A DNA stretch of 64,000 nt from Gammaproteobacteria bacterium (GTDB lineage: Bacteria; Pseudomonadota; Gammaproteobacteria; Eutrophobiales; Eutrophobiaceae). Position numbers and translations under genes: made by a program. Every line of letters starts with the position of its first letter. Position 1 is the first letter of the stretch. Positions 59,539-64,000 of the stretch are shown here, in pieces. The stretch is from contig OZ250183.1 in assembly GCA_965238225.1 (NCBI GenBank), positions 1,504,001 to 1,568,000 of the forward strand, given 5' to 3'. Under the pieces are notes generated by a model. The model was not told the origin of the DNA and ran no database searches. It worked only from the letters and a program-made list of their open reading frames with translations.

Positions 59539-59609
59539 TATTTAATTAACACTGGAAAAGTTTAAATACTTACAAACCCTTAAATATTTACAATCACCAA
59601 GGATCGCTT

Positions 59610-60488
59610 TCATTTTATCCTGCTTAAAATCCCGTCTAATTCATCCAGTGAATTATAGCTTATCTCTAACGTGCCCTTGCCACTCTTGCCATGCTTGACG
59701 GTCACCGCCGCCCCCAAGCGATCAGATAAATCTTCTTGCAATCTTTTCAGGTTTGGATCCAGTTTTGATGGGGTGGAAAGTTTTTTACTGTCTCTTGATA
59801 TCCAATTTTTGCCTTTCAGCCTCTTCACTAGCTGTTCCGTTGCCCTAACAGACAAACCTTGACTTACAACTTTGCCTGCGACTTCTGCCTGCTTAGTGAT
59901 ATCCAAAGCCAAAATCGCCCGACCATGACCCATCTCAATCTTTTTAGATTCTAGGAATTGTTGCACATCCACATGGAGATCCATTAATCGAAGTAGATTG
60001 GATACTGATGATCGCGACCTACCAACTGCTTTGGCGACAGCATCATGAGTCATTTCAAATTCCCGTAATAAGCGAGAGAGCGCGCGCGCTTCGTCCACTG
60101 GATTTAGGTCTTCACGCTGAATATTTTCAACCAGAGCCAAACACATCGCGGTCTCGTCCGGGGCATCTTTAATAATTACAGGGATTTCATGCAAGCCTGC
60201 TAATTGTGTGGCTCGCCAACGGCGTTCCCCAGCAATGATTTCGTAGGTATCAACGCCCGCTGATGGTCGAACAATGATAGGCTGGATTACACCCTGATTT
60301 TTTATTGAGTTGGCCAGTTCTTCAAGTGCCTTGGAATCCATTTTCATGCGCGGTTGATATTGGCCACAGACAACCTTATCCACGGGCAATGTCTGTAATT
60401 TTGCATGTAGATTTGATGCAACACTTTCGGTATCACCTCTTGGATACAGTAACGCATCCAACCCCCTTCCAAGACCTCTTTTTTTCAT
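59610..60488 (-). CDS. parB: Chromosome partitioning protein ParB
   Basis: RGLGRGLDAL, IIAGERRWRA and ENIQREDLN motifs plus HTH. Confidence 0.97.
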   Translation of the reverse strand: MKKRGLGRGLDALLYPRGDTESVASNLHAKLQTLPVDKVVCGQYQPRMKMDSKALEELANSIKNQGVIQPIIVRPSAGVDTYEIIAGERRWRATQLAGLHEIPVIIKDAPDETAMCLALVENIQREDLNPVDEARALSRLLREFEMTHDAVAKAVGRSRSSVSNLLRLMDLHVDVQQFLESKKIEMGHGRAILALDITKQAEVAGKVVSQGLSVRATEQLVKRLKGKNWISRDSKKLSTPSKLDPNLKRLQEDLSDRLGAAVTVKHGKSGKGTLEISYNSLDELDGILSRIK

Positions 60489-60525
60489 CTGGCCAATAAT
60501 TCCTTAGTAGAACAGATAAAAACCG

Positions 60526-61299
60526 TCAGGCAGAAACGTTCTCACGTCTAAGCATTTCACCTGCCAGTGCAAGATATGCCAAAGAACCGCGTGAAGCTTT
60601 ATCGTATTTTATAACTGGTAAGCCATGGCTCGGTGCCTCAGCCAGCCTGACATTTCTGGGAATGATGGTGCGATAAACCTTCTCACCAAAATGCTCTAAT
60701 AATTGAGCAGATACCTGAAAAGCTAAATTATTCCGTGGGTCATACATGGTACGCAATAGGCCTTCAATCTTGAGTTCAGGGTTCAAATATTTACGGATCT
60801 TTTCAATACTGCCAAGCAGAGCCGATAAACCCTCAAGCGCATAATATTCACACTGCATAGGAATAATTACTGAGGTTGCGGCTACCAATGCATTGACTGT
60901 CAACATGTTTAAAGAAGGCGGGCAATCTATAAATATAAAGTCATAGTTCTCTTTAATCTCATTAAGGGCATTTTGTAATCGTATTTCTCTGGCCAATTCA
61001 TCAAGCAACCCTACCTCTGCTCCAGTTAAATCAGCATTCGCCGGCAGTAAATCGTAACCCCCCTCGTCAGATTTCGTCAGTACATCATTAATGGTTTTCT
61101 CGCCCATCAAGACATCGTATGAAGAAAGCTCAATATCCATCTTATTCACGCCACTGCCCATAGTAGCATTCCCCTGCGGATCCAAATCTACAAGCAGCAC
61201 GCGGCGGGCGGTAGCAGCCAATGATGCAGCAATATTGACACTGGTCGTGGTTTTACCAACACCACCTTTCTGATTTGCTATGGCTATGATCTTGGTCAT
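60526..61299 (-). CDS. parA: Chromosome partitioning ATPase ParA/Soj
   Basis: NQKGGVGKTT, DLDPQGNAT, DCPPSL and LAEAPSHG motifs. Confidence 0.97.
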   Translation of the reverse strand: MTKIIAIANQKGGVGKTTTSVNIAASLAATARRVLLVDLDPQGNATMGSGVNKMDIELSSYDVLMGEKTINDVLTKSDEGGYDLLPANADLTGAEVGLLDELAREIRLQNALNEIKENYDFIFIDCPPSLNMLTVNALVAATSVIIPMQCEYYALEGLSALLGSIEKIRKYLNPELKIEGLLRTMYDPRNNLAFQVSAQLLEHFGEKVYRTIIPRNVRLAEAPSHGLPVIKYDKASRGSLAYLALAGEMLRRENVSA

Positions 61300-61433
61300 G
61301 ACTGTTTATTATCTTTACCTACCGTATCTCGTACAATTAGTCTTTATTATTGATGTAGAATTTGATGGAGTATTATGGCACAGCCAGTGCAAAAGTACCG
61401 CCACAAGTTTATCCGTATTTAAGTGCTTCTCAA

Positions 61434-62066
61434 TCAACTCTTGGGCATGATCTGCACTAGGTTTCTCGTCCCCGTAACGCCCGGGATAGATAATGAGGTG
61501 ACTTTTGTAACAACATCTTTAGCAATTAAATCTGCGAGTTCGTTTTCTAAAACAGAACCTTTCATTGCCAACAAACAACCTCCCGGCTCAAGCAGATGAT
61601 GGCTGCAAGCATAAAAACCAGCTAATGAAGTAAAGGCGCGTGAAACAATCGTAGAAAAACATTGTTCTGTTTGATATTTCTCAATACGTGAATAAATAAT
61701 TTTTACATTTTTTAAATTTAATGTGATGACTGCCTGTTGCACAAACCGTGTTTTCTTATTGTTTCCATCCAGCAAAAACCAATGCGTATCAGGCATAGCC
61801 AGCGCCAAAATAATACCAGGCAACCCAGCGCCCGTACCAACATCTAGGCAAACCCCTTTTTGGATAAAAGGCAAAATAGAGAGGCTATCCATGACATGAT
61901 AGGCAAGCATCTTTTGTGGATCGCGAATGGCTGTTAGATTATAGGCCAAGCTCCACTGAGTCAGTAAATCTATATAAGAGAGGTACGCCTGTAAAGGCAG
62001 TCGAGCAGCCGACAAGCCCATGTCTTTAAGCCCTTGTTGAAGCTGAACCAATAAGGTATCAGACAT
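61434..62066 (-). CDS. rsmG: 16S rRNA m7G527 methyltransferase
   Basis: YNLTAIR, H..DSL, LDVGTGAGLPG and SRAF motifs. Confidence 0.96.
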   Translation of the reverse strand: MSDTLLVQLQQGLKDMGLSAARLPLQAYLSYIDLLTQWSLAYNLTAIRDPQKMLAYHVMDSLSILPFIQKGVCLDVGTGAGLPGIILALAMPDTHWFLLDGNNKKTRFVQQAVITLNLKNVKIIYSRIEKYQTEQCFSTIVSRAFTSLAGFYACSHHLLEPGGCLLAMKGSVLENELADLIAKDVVTKVTSLSIPGVTGTRNLVQIMPKS

Positions 62067-62167
62067 TACAGCAGTACATTTTTTATCTAAGACCAGCTTT
62101 CAATAAAATATCTTGAAACTTGCGTAGTTCTTTGTTTTAAAAAAACTGGCATACAGTACATCTTCTA

Positions 62168-64000
62168 TTAAGCGCTTTCCTTGAACTGAAACTGACTCTT
62201 TTTGAGATAAATACGAAGTAATGAAATAGCTGCTGGCGTCATCCCGGGGATGCGCGAGGCATGACCAAGACTATGGGGTTTATACTGACTCAATTTTTGT
62301 ATCACTTCGTTAGAGAGACCATGCACCTTTGCAAAATCAATATTACGAGGAAGCGTCGCTTCCTCGTAACTCAAATTACGCGCAATCTCATTTTCTTGGC
62401 GAGAGAGATAACCATCGTATTTAGCCTGAATCTCGATTTGTTGGATGACAGTATCAGAAATTTCACTGCTATCAAAGTCAGTTAATGTCACTAGATTTTT
62501 ATAGTCTACTTCCGGACGACTCAATAATTGCATCAGACTATATTCTCTTTGTAGTGGCTGACCGAGTACACGGATAGCCTCTTCTGCTGTTGTGGTTTCT
62601 GGTTTTAACCATGTTTTTTCAAGACGCTGTTGCCACTTAATAATCGCCTCACGCTTGTCAGAAAACTTCTGCCAGCGCAGAGAGTCAATTAAACCATGCC
62701 GACGACCAATCTCGGTTAAACGTAAATCTGCATTGTCTTCACGTAACAATAACCGATATTCGGCTCGACTGGTGAACATTCGATAAGGCTCGCTGGTGCC
62801 GCGTGTGATGAGATCATCAATCAGTACGCCGATATAGGCCTGATCACGTCGTGGGCTCCAAGGTGACTTACCCTGCGCCAACAATCCGGCATTCATGCCC
62901 GCTATGAGGCCTTGTACCGCAGCTTCTTCGTAGCCTGTCGTACCATTAATTTGCCCAGCAAAAAAGAGACCAGATAAATGTTTGGTCTCTAGCCACGGAT
63001 GCAAATCTCTGGGGTCAAAAAAATCATATTCGATGGCATAACCCGGTCGCGTAATATGCGCATTCTCAAACCCCTTGATAGAACGCACCATTTCATACTG
63101 CACGTCAAAAGGTAAACTGGTAGAGATGCCATTGGGATAAACTTCGTCCGTGTTCAAACCTTCTGGTTCGATAAATATTTGATGTGATGTTTTATCAATA
63201 AAACGTACTACCTTATCTTCAACAGAAGGACAATAACGTGGTCCTGTACCTGCAATATTGCCATTGAACATGGGTGAACGATCCAACCCCTGACGAATAA
63301 TCTCATGGGTCTTCTCATTGGTATGGGTAATATGACACGATACCTGTTTTGGATGTTCAGAAGCCGCACCTATGTAAGAAAACACAGGCACAGGGCTGTC
63401 GCTAACTTGTTCCTTTAATTTTCTGTAATCAATGGTTTTACCATCGATTCTCGGTGGCGTACCTGTTTTTAATCGTGCGACTCGAAAAGGCATCTCCCGT
63501 AAACGATTTGCCAGCGCATTTGCTGGGGGATCTCCAGCTCGACCTCCAGAAGACTGTCCAGTACCCACATGGATTTTGCCTGCCAGAAAAGTTCCTACTG
63601 TCAAAACGGTGTTCTTTGCCCAAAACTGCAGACCCGATTGCGTCACCACACCAACAACGCAATCACCTTTAATAATCAAATCATCAACGGCCTCTTGAAA
63701 AATCAACAGATTTTCCTGAGATTCTAGAAATGTCCGGACGACCTCGCGATACAGGGCACGATCAATTTGTGCCCTTGTTGCCCTGACCGCAGGACCCTTG
63801 CTGGCATTGAGTATGCGGTATTGAATACCGCTTTTATCTGCGGCATGAGCCATCAAACCGCCCAGCGCATCGATCTCTTTGACCAAATGCCCTTTACCAA
63901 TCCCACCAATCGCTGGATTACAAGACATCTGTCCCAAAGTATCAATACTATGAGTCAATAATAAGGTACTTGCGCCCATGCGGGCAGATGCCAAAGCGGC
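62168..64000 (-). CDS. mnmG: tRNA modification enzyme MnmG/GidA (5' end outside the window)
   Basis: [20 protein letters not shown] and [14 protein letters not shown] motifs; the N-terminal FAD motif lies beyond the window. Confidence 0.97.
   Translation of the reverse strand, partial: AALASARMGASTLLLTHSIDTLGQMSCNPAIGGIGKGHLVKEIDALGGLMAHAADKSGIQYRILNASKGPAVRATRAQIDRALYREVVRTFLESQENLLIFQEAVDDLIIKGDCVVGVVTQSGLQFWAKNTVLTVGTFLAGKIHVGTGQSSGGRAGDPPANALANRLREMPFRVARLKTGTPPRIDGKTIDYRKLKEQVSDSPVPVFSYIGAASEHPKQVSCHITHTNEKTHEIIRQGLDRSPMFNGNIAGTGPRYCPSVEDKVVRFIDKTSHQIFIEPEGLNTDEVYPNGISTSLPFDVQYEMVRSIKGFENAHITRPGYAIEYDFFDPRDLHPWLETKHLSGLFFAGQINGTTGYEEAAVQGLIAGMNAGLLAQGKSPWSPRRDQAYIGVLIDDLITRGTSEPYRMFTSRAEYRLLLREDNADLRLTEIGRRHGLIDSLRWQKFSDKREAIIKWQQRLEKTWLKPETTTAEEAIRVLGQPLQREYSLMQLLSRPEVDYKNLVTLTDFDSSEISDTVIQQIEIQAKYDGYLSRQENEIARNLSYEEATLPRNIDFAKVHGLSNEVIQKLSQYKPHSLGHASRIPGMTPAAISLLRIYLKKSQFQFKESA

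Overview
AT-rich gammaproteobacterial chromosomal segment, probably close to oriC because it ends inside mnmG after rsmG-parA-parB and the atp operon. Most of it is intact housekeeping genes: radA, pyrG-kdsA-eno-ftsB-ispD-ispF, ilvD, clpS-clpA, yaaA, a cold-shock gene, argC-bactofilin-erpA, anmK, tyrS, ampG, icd, rng-yhdP, mnmA, acnB, glnA, glmU, atpIBEFHAGDC, parAB, rsmG and mnmG. Several accessory genes between these blocks are broken: a frameshifted TIR gene, an M23 peptidase, an OFA-family MFS transporter, two hypothetical genes and a possible nudJ relic. The Mrp antiporter operon stops after mrpB. This pattern suggests ongoing genome erosion. The most unusual intact elements are a membrane-anchored PP2C phosphatase fused to an FGE/CLec domain with a GC-rich candidate RNA element upstream, a CMD-Rieske fusion, plant-like IlvD and Bacillus-like Icd, a structured glnA 3' region with no ntrBC downstream, and a hybrid kinase plus REC-PAS-GGDEF-EAL pair inserted between parB and atpI. 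I recognised no rRNA, tRNA, CRISPR array, transposase or integrase. All family assignments come from motif recognition by eye; no database search was run.
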